Shown: in pieces, positions 12,598 to 25,612 of the stretch
Layout of the letters: every line of letters begins with the position of its first letter
Numbering within the stretch: position 1 is the stretch's first letter
Origin: Octopus sinensis
Taxonomy: Eukaryota
Direction of reading: 5' to 3'
Assembly: GCF_006345805.1 (NCBI RefSeq)
Contig: NC_043016.1
Location: 30,566,001 to 30,630,000 of the forward strand
DNA length: 64,000 nt
Made by a program: the position numbers and the translations under genes
The notes under the pieces: model-generated
The model's database searches: none
What the model was told of the DNA's origin: nothing
What the model saw: the letters and a program-made list of their open reading frames with translations, nothing else

Positions 12598-12631
<34 letters not shown>

Positions 12632-13199
12632 TATATATCTGTATACCAACATTATATGCATATATACATACATCATGTATGTAAATTCTAAACACACAGA
12701 CATATATGAAGGTATTTCTAATAAATTAAGAGAGAACATACAGCTCTAACAACAGAAGAATCTCAGTTTCAACCTAGCAAGGTTTCATCAGCAGTCAGAA
12801 CATGCATGTTTTCTCAGTTAGTATCCAGAATAAATCTTCAGTGTTGTAGATTAATTAAATTGTGTATGAAGAGAATTTTGCATCAGAAAACAAGGCTGAT
12901 CAGGAGAGAAGAATCATAGAGTATTCATTATTTTTGTAAGAAAGTATTTCTAATCTTGCTTCAAAACAATTTTTGGATTATAGTCCCAAAGTACAAATAT
13001 GAAGTTTTAAAAACAGGAACATGATGGTTAAAGTCTAGTTGTCTCTCATCAACCATCAGAACAAATTTATGTACTCTTTGGTTTATTTCATGATTTTTCT
13101 ATATATACTGAGTTACACATACATTGCAGTATAAACATATATGTGCATATCAGGTATGTACATATTCATATGTTCACACACACACACACTCACATACAT

Positions 13200-13545
13200 C
13201 TTTTATCTTTTATTCATTTCAATCATTTGACTGTGGCCATGCTGTGATGATTAAATCTTGAAAGATTTAATCAATCCAGCATTTACTTTTCTTTTTAAGC
13301 CTAGTACTCATCCTATTGGTTTCTTTTGCTGAATTACTAAGTTAAGGGACAAAAACAAACCAACACCATTTGTCATGTGGTGATGGGGGACAAAAACCCA
13401 AACACACATACTTACACATTTATTTGCAAAACCACTGACAAGGCTTTGGTTGGCCAGTGGCTATAGTAGAAGATACTTGCTCAAAGTGCCTTGCAGTGGG
13501 ACTGAACCAGGGACTATGTGGTTGGAAAACAAGCTCATTTACCAC
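13200..13545 (-). mobile_element. Decayed SINE family A copy
   Basis: Similar to the copy at 59952-60379. Confidence 0.75.
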
Positions 13546-13604
13546 ATATCCATCCATCCATCTATCTATCCTTGTATGTATGTATGTATGTGTGTATATA
13601 TATA

Positions 13605-13645
<41 letters not shown>

Positions 13646-13838
13646 AAACAAAAAGTGCAATAGAGGACAATAAAACATTTAGATAGATAGATGATGCAAA
13701 GAGGGACAGGAGAAACAACAATTAGGACAGGAAAAAAAAAGGACATGTCGTTTGTGGCCTTCTTTCTTCAGTCAAGTTACCAGATGTCCTTATTGTTTCG
13801 GGCAATTACACTTGAATATATATATATGTATATATATG

Positions 13839-13879
<41 letters not shown>

Positions 13880-13985
13880 CATATATATATATATAAATAT
13901 ACTTCTCATATAAGGATAAGATTTTTTTTTTAAATTTATCAGTCGCCAGCGTATTAAAATATTTTTTAAGGTGAAAATTATAAAC

Positions 13986-14162
13986 AATTATAAATAAGGG
14001 CAAAAGAAAATAATTTTCTATGGCAATATGCTGAAAAATAGACCTTAGATTGTCTAACCACATACAATATTTTTAGGGAAAAATATTTTATGCGGTTAGA
14101 TGATCTAAAGTCTATTTTTCAGCATATTGGCATGGAAAAAACTTTTTTTGCAATTATTTATA

Positions 14163-14167
<5 letters not shown>
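13986..14167. repeat. Imperfect hairpin (arms ~13986-14073 and ~14081-14167) between (TA)n tracts
   Basis: caatatgctgaaaaatagaccttagattgtctaacc versus ggttagatgatctaaagtctatttttcagcatattg. Confidence 0.88.
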
Positions 14168-14200
<33 letters not shown>

Positions 14201-14234
14201 CACACATACATACATACATACATACATACATACA

Positions 14235-14268
<34 letters not shown>

Positions 14269-14800
14269 CATACATATAGCTGAAGGATGAAAATTAATCA
14301 AAGGACATACTAAGTATGTCTACCTGCTGGAAATAACAGTCAAAACTCTTATTTAAATCACCAAAATACACTGATAATAACTACAGAAATCAACTGTATG
14401 AAGGCAAACAGACCAAGACAATCTCTCAGCATACATTCAAATATTTGGACTCACATGGAGTGGTTTCTGGACTGGCATAATAGCCTAACCTTCCCCTGCA
14501 TGCATTATCATGATAGAGAGCCCCAACCTGTCATGTTGCGCTGCAACTGATATATATATATTATATATATATATGGTTAAATCTCTCCTGTAACTTGATA
14601 CATATGAGTATGACTGATTAACTGAACTGGTGCGTGAAGTGACTGGACAGTATACAGATACATGTACCTCTAGTGTAGTTCTCAGGCAGAATCAATGTGG
14701 CAAGCGTGACATGGGTGTGGACCTTTGAATTACAAGTACAGTCCACATTATTTACATTTCTTACATTCGATGAATATTTGTCCTTATCTTGTTTGTTGTT

Positions 14801-14846
14801 AACACAACGTTTCGGCTGATATACCCTCCAGCCTTCATCAGGTGTC
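14801..14846 (-). ncRNA. Minimal hammerhead ribozyme in a Penelope-like inverted terminal remnant (14742-14967)
   Basis: Minus strand reads GACAC-CUGAUGA-A-GGCUG(gaggguauau)CAGCC-GAAAC-GUU-GUGUU; stem III is reduced to the palindrome AACGUU. Confidence 0.78.
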
Positions 14847-15592
14847 TTGGGGAAATTTTGAACCTGGAAAATTTCCTCAAGACACCTGAACAACAAACAA
14901 GATGAGAACAAATATCTGTCAAATGTAAATAATGTACATAATTCCTCATCTCTTAAATATAGAACTATAAATACAATCCATTCGACAGGTATCTGTCTAC
15001 ACAGGCTTTGTTTTTCCCAAAAATCCACTCTCAAGGCTTAGGTCAACCCTGTGGTTAATGGTAGAGGCACGTGTTCAAGGTTTCGCACAAGGAGATCAAG
15101 CTTTGGTCTTCATGGCTGCAAACTGAATGTTTAACAACTTAGTCATGCCCATCTACACACACACACTCTCTCTCTCTCTCCCTCTCCCTCTTTTTTTTAT
15201 CTATCTCTTTTTCTCGTTCTCTCAGATAAATTTTCCAAAAATGCAATAGAACTTACCCAGTAAGAGTCACAATGTGCGTGTGTGTGTGTCTGGGAGGCTG
15301 GTGAGCATGCGTGCGTGTGTGTGCATGTGAGTGTGTGTGAACGTGTGTGTGTGTATGTGTGTGTGTGTTAAATAAGTATAAACACAAATTCATATTATAG
15401 TTCCTAAGCTCTTTAATATGAATTTGTGTTCATCCTTATTTCTCCAACATTTGCTCTGTAGCTCATAAACTGGTAATACTGTTCACTATAGAAGTTACTT
15501 AACAAACTAAACAGGAATCACACTGGATAATGATACTCTATGTGTAGCTCTAACCATAACAGTAGCAGTTGCACAATCTCTACTACATATAC

Positions 15593-15787
15593 AGAGTCCA
15601 TCAAAATAATGTATACACACTTCAGGAAAGAGAAAATCTGTATAAATATTTGACATGTATAAGTACCTCTAAAAATATAGATACCTCTTTTGATGTTTTA
15701 TCAAATTGTGATAACACTGAATAAATTGAAATAATACTGAATTAAAATATTCATATAGATTTTTGTTTTCCTGAAGTGTGTATACAT
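15593..15787. mobile_element. Tc1/mariner-type MITE remnant
   Basis: ta|cagagtccatcaaaataatgtatacacacttcaggaaa and the inverted tttcctgaagtgtgtatacat; the right end is lost in a microsatellite. Confidence 0.6.
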
Positions 15788-15796
15788 GTATGTATG

Positions 15797-15828
<32 letters not shown>

Positions 15829-16104
15829 AGGAAAATAGGACAAGGTAGAAAATGCTAAAAGAATTTCATCATGAAGAACATTTTAGTACTAGTTTCAGTC
15901 TTTGAGACTTTTTCAACTTAGGGTAAAGCATGAAAACAATTAGATTGTGGAAAAATTAAATGATATGTTTTTTTTAAAAATATTCCCATAGTTTTCAAAT
16001 AGATGGGACATTTTCCTTTTTCCTGTCTCTCTCTTTTTTTTACTTTTGTGAAGGCTTGGTAAGTAGGTAGGTAGGTAGGTAGTAGATCTGAAGAAATATG
16101 AGGG

Positions 16105-16520
16105 ATATGTATATATGTGTGTGTGTATTTATGTATGCACATATATATGTATGTATATATGTGTATATATATGTATATATGTATTCATATATATATGTAT
16201 ATATATATGTATGTATATGTATATATATATATGTATGTATATATATATATATATGTATTCATATATGTATATATATGCATGTATATGTACATATATGTAT
16301 GTATATGTATATATATGTATGTATATATATGTATGCATATGTATGTGTATAGTATATGTATATGTATGTATGTATGTATGTATATATATATTTATATATA
16401 TTTATATGTACGTAAATATATATATATATATATTATATATGTGTGTGTGTATGTATGTATGTATGTATGTATGTATGTATATATATATATATATATAAAT
16501 ATGTGCATATATGTGTATGT
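16105..16520. repeat. (TA)n/(TATG)n compound microsatellite
   Basis: Read directly from the sequence. Confidence 0.95.
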
Positions 16521-18308
16521 GAATACATTTAAATATTTTATTTTGAAGAATATCTACATTATAAAAAAAATTAAATGTATCATTTATTTCTTTATTTCCT
16601 AATTATAAAGCAATGAAAATATTTTAAATGTAAAGAATCAAACTTTGGACAATACACTTCGGGAGAAAATAATGTTTTCAGGTAAATTCAATGATCTGAA
16701 AAGAATGAATGTGTGTATTTACAAATACATATTTTTTTGTTGTCTTTTTTTATTTTTTTTTATTACAATTCAGTGATTGTAATATACAGCATGATAATGT
16801 TATTATTTCATTTTTAATGTTTATGTGTTTAACTATAAATTATAATTTTAATTTATATAATCAATTTAGTTTTATTAATTAAATTTGTCCCAATTTGAAA
16901 TTTTAGAAAGAAAAAAGTAAAGAAAAAATGTTACTGTGATAGAAATTCAGTTGTTTTTAAAAACATTTATAAATATAAAAGACGTACTCACAAATCATGG
17001 ACAATCCCTCTGAAATATCTAGAAATTGTCTAAAATTTGATAGTTTTTTTTTTGTTTTTTTTTTTATAATTTGTTTTCCTTCAAGCTGAAATTTGAAACT
17101 AATCTTTTGCTTTATAAACACATAAAAATGTTATCATTAGCACAAATTTCTCTGTAATCTTCGATAATAAACAGAAGCATTACCACTTTCATTAAAATTT
17201 ATCCTCACAAAAACAAACAAATTAATAAACAAAAAAAAAAAAGAAAGAGCAACATCAACAGCACAAGTTCTGATCACTTGTTATCCTTTTATAAGGCACA
17301 TCATATACTGAGTGCCAACTGACTATGAAACAACATTTCAAAGATGTTGCACCCATTAAATTCATTCACATAAGACTACTTTGAAGAAAAATACTTTCTC
17401 TATCAGTTTACTAACATCTTTCAGCTATTATCTTTCTGTTGAGGTGTTGAGCACTCTGTCAATTTGACTGATATCACAATAGCCTCTGTTTCCCAAGAAC
17501 TATTTAAAAACACTTTAATATAACTCGACTCAATGAAGTACCTTTTCTGCTTTTTCCACTTCATTGTATAACTAGAAAGATAAATTTCCAGGAAGCAAAA
17601 GATGGGGGCAGAAGCTTCATCTTTCATTTTCCCTTTTCATAAACTTATCTCTGTTGAACCCACTCTTTGTTCATATATTATGTTTGTTTTTTGTTTTTTT
17701 TTTCTTTTGTTAATCAAGTATTAACTAACAACAACCAACCTGCAACAATTCAAATTAAAGTCATTTAGCCATCTTGATCTCTCCATTGTACAGAAGAAGC
17801 ACAAAGAAGGAAAAACCAATCACTTTTGTAATTCTAGTGTTGGTATGCATTTGATCAAGCTAAGAGGGAAATTAAGCAAACCAAAACTAAAATAAGACAA
17901 ACCCAGATTCCTGAGAGACTAAATGTATTTTATTCAGTATACCATCATTTCTTCTGCTTTTCCCTAATTTCCATTCCATTCAGACCAACTTTATTACTTT
18001 CTCTCATTGATATTTTCAACTAAATAGACTAACTTACATTCATTAATGGTCTTCAGATACTTTTGAGCTGGGTTCCTCACTTATCTAATACTTGTCTAAA
18101 TTTCTGGTTTTATACCCTCTCCACCTAAATATTAACCCCTCAGCATTCTTTCAGCTGATTATTAGATATTAATATCAGAACTGCTTGCTATTTCAACCAA
18201 CAGGACAAAAGTATTAAAATATTTGTTGTAATGAATATTATGTAACAGAAACAAAGGCCTTTCTTTTTATAGCGCCAGCATCTTTCAATGTTAGTCAATA
18301 AGCATTAA

Positions 18309-18529
18309 CCCTTTTGTTACTGTATTTATTTTGATATGCTCTGTGTTTCTTTCGATTACTTTAAATATAACAAAGAATTTAGTAAAATAATTTAGTTATC
18401 ATTCAGCTAGTGTTAGGAATATAAACTATGATTAAAGTTTGGTGAAAGATTTTAATTCAAAACTTATGAAAACAAGACATTTGTGCTACAGAGCCAGAGC
18501 CGGTTTCAGCCAGGTTGGCAATGAAAGGG
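18309..18529. mobile_element. piggyBac-type MITE (TTAA TSD), copy 1
   Basis: ttaa|cccttttgttac...gcaatgaaaggg|ttaa; closely similar to 61015-61234. Confidence 0.88.
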
Positions 18530-18991
18530 TTAACAGAAGGGAGATTTTATTTTTAATTTATCACTTTTACATGTTAAACTTTCAAGAAATCTTAGCCCTA
18601 ATATTCTAATATATCAATCTGGTCCTCTTTAAGTGTTTGATCATTAACACTTTTCAACCAATAGCATGGCATGACACTGTTTCTTCCCATGATAACCAAA
18701 TTGCTCTTCTTCCTTTGAACTTGATGATTCTATACTATAGCTTCATAGTTTCATAAATCTACTTGTATTTATTTTATACTCTAGAAATGCAGTTGTCTCA
18801 ACACTCCAAATATTACATTCCTTTGCAATCCCTTTCTTCAGTTGATATTTTTGCTTCAAGCACCATCATATAAGAATTCAAAGTGAACAATAACTATAGT
18901 AATTTCTTCACTTCACCTGCTTCTGTCTAGTGGAGCATGAAAAGGAAGAAAGGAAGGATGGATGGTTGTTTGGTTAATTGGTTGGATGAAT

Positions 18992-19040
<49 letters not shown>

Positions 19041-19354
19041 TGTGTATTGTATAGAAAGCATAACTGCAATCTAGCTTTGTCTTTTTTAATTAAGACTTTT
19101 TGTTGTTTCATATTTTTTGTATCAGTTTCTTGTTCTTTGTTTGGAGAAGTCAAGTTCCCAAATCCATCATCCACATTTTTAGACCTTCACAGTCTTACCT
19201 TCAAGATGAAGTGATATTGGTGTGTATTGTTGCCTCTTATATATGATTGTTAAATACATTACAAGACTTTGAACTTCTGACCATTACATTTATATGTCTT
19301 CAGTCAGGTATTTATTTTCTGCTTGTGGTTACTATATGTTATCTTATGATTTTT

Positions 19355-19740
19355 TATCTTTTATTTGTTTCAGTCATTGGACGGTGGCCACACTGGGGCA
19401 CTGCCTTGAAGTATTTTAGTTGAATGAATCAACTCACAGTACTTATTATTTTTGAAGAATGGTACTTATTATAGTGGACTCTTTTGCTGAACTGCTAGTG
19501 ACAGGGATGTAAACAAATCAACACTGGTTGTCAAATGGTTGTGGGGGACGAACACAGACACAAATACACACACACACACACACACATGCACATGATGGGC
19601 TTCTTTTAGTTTCTGTCTACCATATTCAATCGCAAAGTTGATCATATACTATAGAAGGAGATGCTTGCCCAAGGTGCCACACAATGGGACTGAACCCAGA
19701 ACCATGTGGTTGAGAAGCAAGCTTCTTACCCACACTGCTA
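19355..19740 (-). mobile_element. Decayed SINE family A copy
   Basis: Similar to the copy at 59952-60379. Confidence 0.75.
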
Positions 19741-20044
19741 CACCACTGGTCTCCCACCACCCTCATACAACAAAGAGGCAACAATATATGCTGATATCAC
19801 TTTCATGAAGATGAGATTATGAGGGTTCAGAAACAATAATGAAGGTGTTTGAGAACTTTGTTGTTCCAAACAAACTGCTTAGAACTAATATAAAACTTTG
19901 AGAAAAGCCTTGATAAAAATGGTAAAATTTAAATACACTTATGTTTTAAATACATGTCTCAAAGAAAAAAATTGCTGCTCTTATATACAATATACATATA
20001 TATTATACACATACACACATGTATATATATATATTATATATTAT

Positions 20045-20077
<33 letters not shown>

Positions 20078-22686
20078 TATTATATATATATTATATATAT
20101 ATATATTATAATAATATATATATATATATATGCATGTGTGTGTATGTATACACACACACTCACACTCTCAGAAAACAACACATACACACATACACACATG
20201 CACACCACACACACACACACAATCAATGTAAATGTAATTTGGAGGTCAACGATAAGGTGGATCACTCAAAGTATACACCTCTAGGAAAATTGTTTTACAG
20301 TTTTACTGTTTCTGTGGTACAGTAATAAAAAAGATTAAGATTCATAAACTCAGAAATATGAAGTTTAATGGGAAAGATTAAAAAAGAAAAAAAAAAATTA
20401 TATTTCCAACTTGACATATTTAAAAGAAGAGCTGTTCTCTACTTGTTCAAATACACTCAAGCACTCAGATATTGTCATACATAAGGAAGTATATCATAGT
20501 CCTGACTAAATATTTTCAGATCATTACTATTATTACTATGCAGTCATTTTCTCACGCTCATTACTGACATCATCTTCTGAATTACTATCTAAATATTGTT
20601 GCTGTTTAGCCCAAGGCCAATCTTACCTAATAAAACGTCTAATGAAATGCATACTAACTATATTATCGATTGCATCCTATCTTAATGTAGATAGTAGGGT
20701 ATGATTTTAGAGAGAGTTGGTTGCTATATATATATATATATATATATATATGATATATATACAAATTGAGATAGAGTTCACTGTCTTTGGCTTGCAGGCT
20801 ATACAAGCTGTCAGAATTGTTACCACAACAGACAGAATGCTAAGCAGCATTTCATCTGTCTTTACATTCTAAGTTCAAATTCTTCTCTGAGGTTGACTCT
20901 GCTTTTCATCCTTTCAGAGTCAATGAAATAAGAACCAATCAAATGTTGGGATCAATGTAATCAACAAGCCTCCACCCCACACAAATTTCAGGTCTTGTGC
21001 CAAAAGTAGAAAAGATTATTATTATTGTTATTGAGTGATACTGCATCTGGACATTTATTATTATTATTATTACTATTACTATTATTATTATTATTTTTTT
21101 TTTAGTCCTATATCAGAACTGCTTGAGCAGCACTATGTCAAAGGCATTCTAGCCATGGGCAATCTGTCTTTTTGTAAATCTAGGATTACATAATTAAATG
21201 TGTCCATCCTTTTGTAAGACAGTGGGATGTGATTTAAAGAATACTTGGTTGCTGTTTCTGAAAGGCTGAGCAACTGCAGAGAGGCTTCTTTCCTGTCCCA
21301 CACTTTTCTACATATTTATCCTGTGGTGATATAATATATTGAATAAGAACAGGGAAATCCTATGTCACATCTATAAGTTGACGATGGTTATCCTACACCA
21401 AAATTATGTAAAATATTAAAAGGTCAGTTTGATCTCATCTATGATAAGGGAGATTAAATTAACTTGCCCCAATATATTTACTTCAATAGTTTACTGAAAT
21501 CCCACACTTATCAATGTAATCTCAGATAATGCTATGTACCTGTCTTTCAGTACATATACCTACCTTTCAGTATTCCTGATAGAAGGCTGATACACATCTA
21601 ATTCAGACATATTTAAACTTATTTCAGTTTTAGAAGTTATAATTTGCTTTGTTCCTTGTTTTTTTTTAGACCATTTCTAGATTAAGAACAACCAGATGAG
21701 TTTAATGTGAATTTTGAAGGCTTGATAGAGACTACTAATTGGAGGTTCTGATTATGACTAAATGTACCGTCAAAATCTTTGATTTCCATTACTTCTCACT
21801 CGTCTATAATGTCATATATGGAGTCTCAACTATATTAAGAAGCTTGTCCAATAGTAGTAGTATGTCATTTATGTTTATGCTCTACATATATTTTAAGTTA
21901 TTCAAAATCCAGTACACCTTGCCTGCTAAGCAAGATACTTCTTCCAAGCAGGAAACATACTCAACAACTTATAATGAAATTCCTTACTGAAATTAGGTTT
22001 CATCCCAATAATTAAGATGCATTTTCCCTTCCATCAACACTTCAGACATTTCCTAAACTATCCTTTGATTAATGAATGTATAAATGTTATGCAGTGTAGT
22101 ATGGGTTTCTTAGCTATTATCATATGCACATGCTTGGCTTTTAATTTGGTGTTCCAACTATGCTACAAAACAGGTATAGATCACAAGCAGATGTTGATAA
22201 TAATGGTTTCAAATTTTGGCACAAGGCCAGCAAGGTCGAGGGAGAGGTCAGTCAACTGCATTGACTCTAGTGCTCAACTGGTACTTACTTTATTGATGCT
22301 TAAACGGATGAAAGGCAAAGTCAGAATTTGAACTTGGAATGTAGAGATGAACAAAATGCTGCCCAGTGTGCTAAGAATTCTGCCAGCTCACTGCCCTGAA
22401 GTTGTTGTTGATAATAATGTTCAGTTTGAATTGTTGAGACACAGATTGAAAGAAAATATACTTTGGGAGTGAGTTACAAAAAGAATACTGTTCTAAGACA
22501 GGGATCAAACCTAAGATTCGACCTAAGAATATGATCTAAATAATGAAGGAAAAGATGTTTTATGGTTGATTAACCTCATTTCAACTCTGAATAAACAGAC
22601 TATGATTAAAAGCATTCTATTGGAAACCACCCTGTCTTTTATTTAGACATAGTATATCTAGGACTTCATTATGCAGTATAAAGATA

Positions 22687-23090
22687 GGCGCAGGAGTGGC
22701 TGTGTGGTAAGTAGCTTGTTTACCAACCACATGGTTCTGGGTTCAGTCCCACTACGTGGCATCTTGGGCAAGTGTCTTCTGCTATAGCCCCAGGCCGACC
22801 AATGCCTTGTGAGTGGATTTGGTAGATGGAAACTGAAAGAAGCCTGTCGTATATATGTATATATATATATGTATGTGTGTGTGTGTGTTTGTGTGTCTGT
22901 GTTTGTCCCCCTAGCATTGCTTGACAACCGATGCTGGTGTGTTTACGTTGCCGTCACTTGGCGGTTCGGCAAAAAGAGACCGATAGAATAAGTACTGGGC
23001 TTACAAAGAATAAATCCCGGGGTCGATTTGCTCGACTAAAGGCGGTGCTCCAGCATGGCCACAGTCAAATGACTGATACAAGTAAAAGAA
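22687..23090 (+). mobile_element. SINE family A (tRNA head, CORE-like cttgggcaagt, internal (TA)/(TG) tract, (gtaaaaga)n tail)
   Basis: ggcgcaggagtggctgtgtggtaag...gggttcagtccc A/B boxes; more than ten copies in the window. Confidence 0.9.
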
Positions 23091-25343
23091 AAAAAATATA
23101 TACTGATCGTATACCAAAATCTAATCAATTCTAGTGCTTAAAAAATTTGCTGTAACATTTACTTTCTGTTACCAGGGTAGAGCATATAGTAAATATATGA
23201 ACCAGATGCTTTACTGTGACTAGTTTACTGGTTCCATAGTCCAACTTCAAACTGTAGTTGGAGTTTGTTTTTTTCATGATTTATTGAGAGATAAGAGTAT
23301 CAGTGAGCTTCAGTTGGGTTGAGTTAATGAATTATACAATTATACTCTTCATATTTGTGTCTAATGAGGAAACCCAGATATATAAAAAAAATTTTGCTAA
23401 ACACTATCTAAAAATACTGAGAAATCACTAGTAGTTATACAACAATCAATAATTATATAATAAAAATGAGACAAGCCTAATTCTTACTAACTGTAAAGTA
23501 ATTACAAAATAAAGGCTAAATCAAAACATCAATATATTGAAGAGTAACCCATAATATCACTATAGTAACAATTACTTACTATAAACTAAAAATTAATAAA
23601 TATATAGTAAACTTTACTGGATGTATTGCAAACCACTAGCATATCCATTAGTAGATATATTACTATTCATTTACAATATAGTAGTCTTTAATAATTACAT
23701 ACTAGCCATTTGCAAGTACTCTGTAAAGCCAATATAACTTGGCATTATTAACTAAATAGGGGTCCATTACTAATCTTAGACTAATCATTTGTAAATCTAT
23801 TCTTGTCATATAGACTCTAAATCAATAAATAGATATAAGGATCCTGGCATACTAACCTTAACTTTAGCATTAGTAGACATTGGCTTATCATATAGTAGTC
23901 AGTAGAAATAAAAATCAGACATTAGTAGTTATCTAGTAATACTTCATAAGTTATAAGTAAATTCAAAATTTGTGCATATGTTAGGTTCAGACATAAGTCA
24001 ATAGAGTTAACAGCTTTAAAATAATAACAACGATCATTTACAGTCATCACCATTATAGATGATAAAACATCCCCATTAAACCTGAATTCTTATATTAGTA
24101 TATAGGCATAAATTTGTGTAGGATGGTACAGTAAATCAAACTGACCCTACTACATTACTGACATTTAATTTATTGACCTCAGTAGAGGCGAAAGGTGATC
24201 CCCCTCACAACAGTGGGAGTTAAAGTTCACATAAACAAGGACAAAATAAAGTACTGTCTCTGCATTCCCCAATCCTCCTTTCCATTAAGAATATTATAAT
24301 CCTTACCATAACTATCACCTTTATAATCCACATAAATCTGAAGCATTAAGATCAGAATTATGAAAATGATTATATCTACATTTTTTTGCTTTGTTATCAT
24401 TTCTAATTGTGCCCATATCATTGTAATTGAAAGAAAAGTTGCATAGTTGGTGTTTCAGTATAATTTTACATAGTAGATATGAACAAAGTCCCCACCATAT
24501 TGCAATAAAAAGAAAGAGCAATACCAAAATTAATATCACTAGTATTGATACTATCACTGCAAAATTCAGACACATTCATTCTCCTTTTTATTACAATAAT
24601 CTTCATTGTACACAATTTTAAGTCTCATTTTCTATATTAACCATTCTATTATCCTTAAAATAACCCAGTAAAAACAGAGAATGTAATTAAAAAAAAAACC
24701 CAAAAAACAAAAAAAACTAATAACTTTCAGTGTAATTTCTATAGCTTCTACAAAGATCTAAACCAGATCACATATAAATAAAATAAAATGATCTAGAATT
24801 AAATAAGCATTTTCTCAAATAATATATGCAATAGAGTGAAAAATTTGAGAAGCTTTAAAAGTTTTCATTGCTCATCAATATTCTTTGTGTTTAAAGTATT
24901 TTGCAAAGAAAATCTGTGAGAAATGCAAGACAGAATTCCTTTTGTCAAACCATTCTTCACAAAGAACCTTGATTTTACTCAAATCAAAACAAAGCAAATC
25001 ATTTATTCTTCACACATAAGCTATTTAAGATGAACTCACTTTTATCATCTAAATAAGCTGAACTCACCTTCGACTAAATATATTTTCTTCTTAAGCTGTC
25101 TATATGCTCACACTAGAAAGGGATTTTTCATCATATTACTACTGTTTGTATTTATAATTTAAACTTCTGAATAATGTTATTAATTTAAAGGTGTGTCAGA
25201 TATGATTGAAAAAAAAAAAAGAAAAAAGAAAAAAAAGAAAAGGGAAAAAGAAAACCCAATCATGTGCATTAATTTAAAAAAATAGTCTTCTTTTCTTTCT
25301 CTAAATCTTCTTCATCCTTTTGTCGTGTCTCCTTATAAAAATT

Positions 25344-25612
25344 TCATTTAAACAATTCTTCAGGTAATACATCCTGGAGATATTGTTGATGTCTGGTGGT
25401 AACTCCTACCAGCTGAGAGAATTTATCCATCAATGTATGTCCCATTTGTTGGTTTAGAATGCATATGAGGTGAGTTGTTGCCCGTCTCAAGTTACAACTC
25501 CCACCTTGAACAGTAGCACTACTGCTCACACAGTTGATAAGGTGAAGTACTAAAGGTAAAATGTACATTTCCATTTGCTTTGGTTTTAACTTGTATTCTT
25601 TTTCTACTAATT
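25344..25612 (-). CDS. TOGARAM1: TOGARAM1/crescerin-like, last coding exon: (E)LVEKEYKLKPKQMEMYILPLVLHLI...GSCNLRRATTHL...QMG...EELFK*
   Basis: TTTGCAG acceptor, phase 1, TGA at 25344-25346; resembles the end of TOG4 as recalled (GNIRTATAKL..QMG). Confidence 0.85.

Noticed and set aside
16098-16602. YI/CV-repeat ORFs (also near 9.8, 10.7, 13.5, 20, 54 and 63.5 kb)
   Set aside because: Translations of (TA)n/(TG)n microsatellites.
22687-22760. tRNA-like A/B-box sequences
   Set aside because: These are SINE heads continuing into CORE and tail regions; no complete cloverleaf.
22658-23134. Recurrent short ORFs such as MSSNARGTNTDTQT (also at 32.1, 45.9, 54.5 and 60.1 kb)
   Set aside because: Chance frames in copies of non-coding SINE family A.
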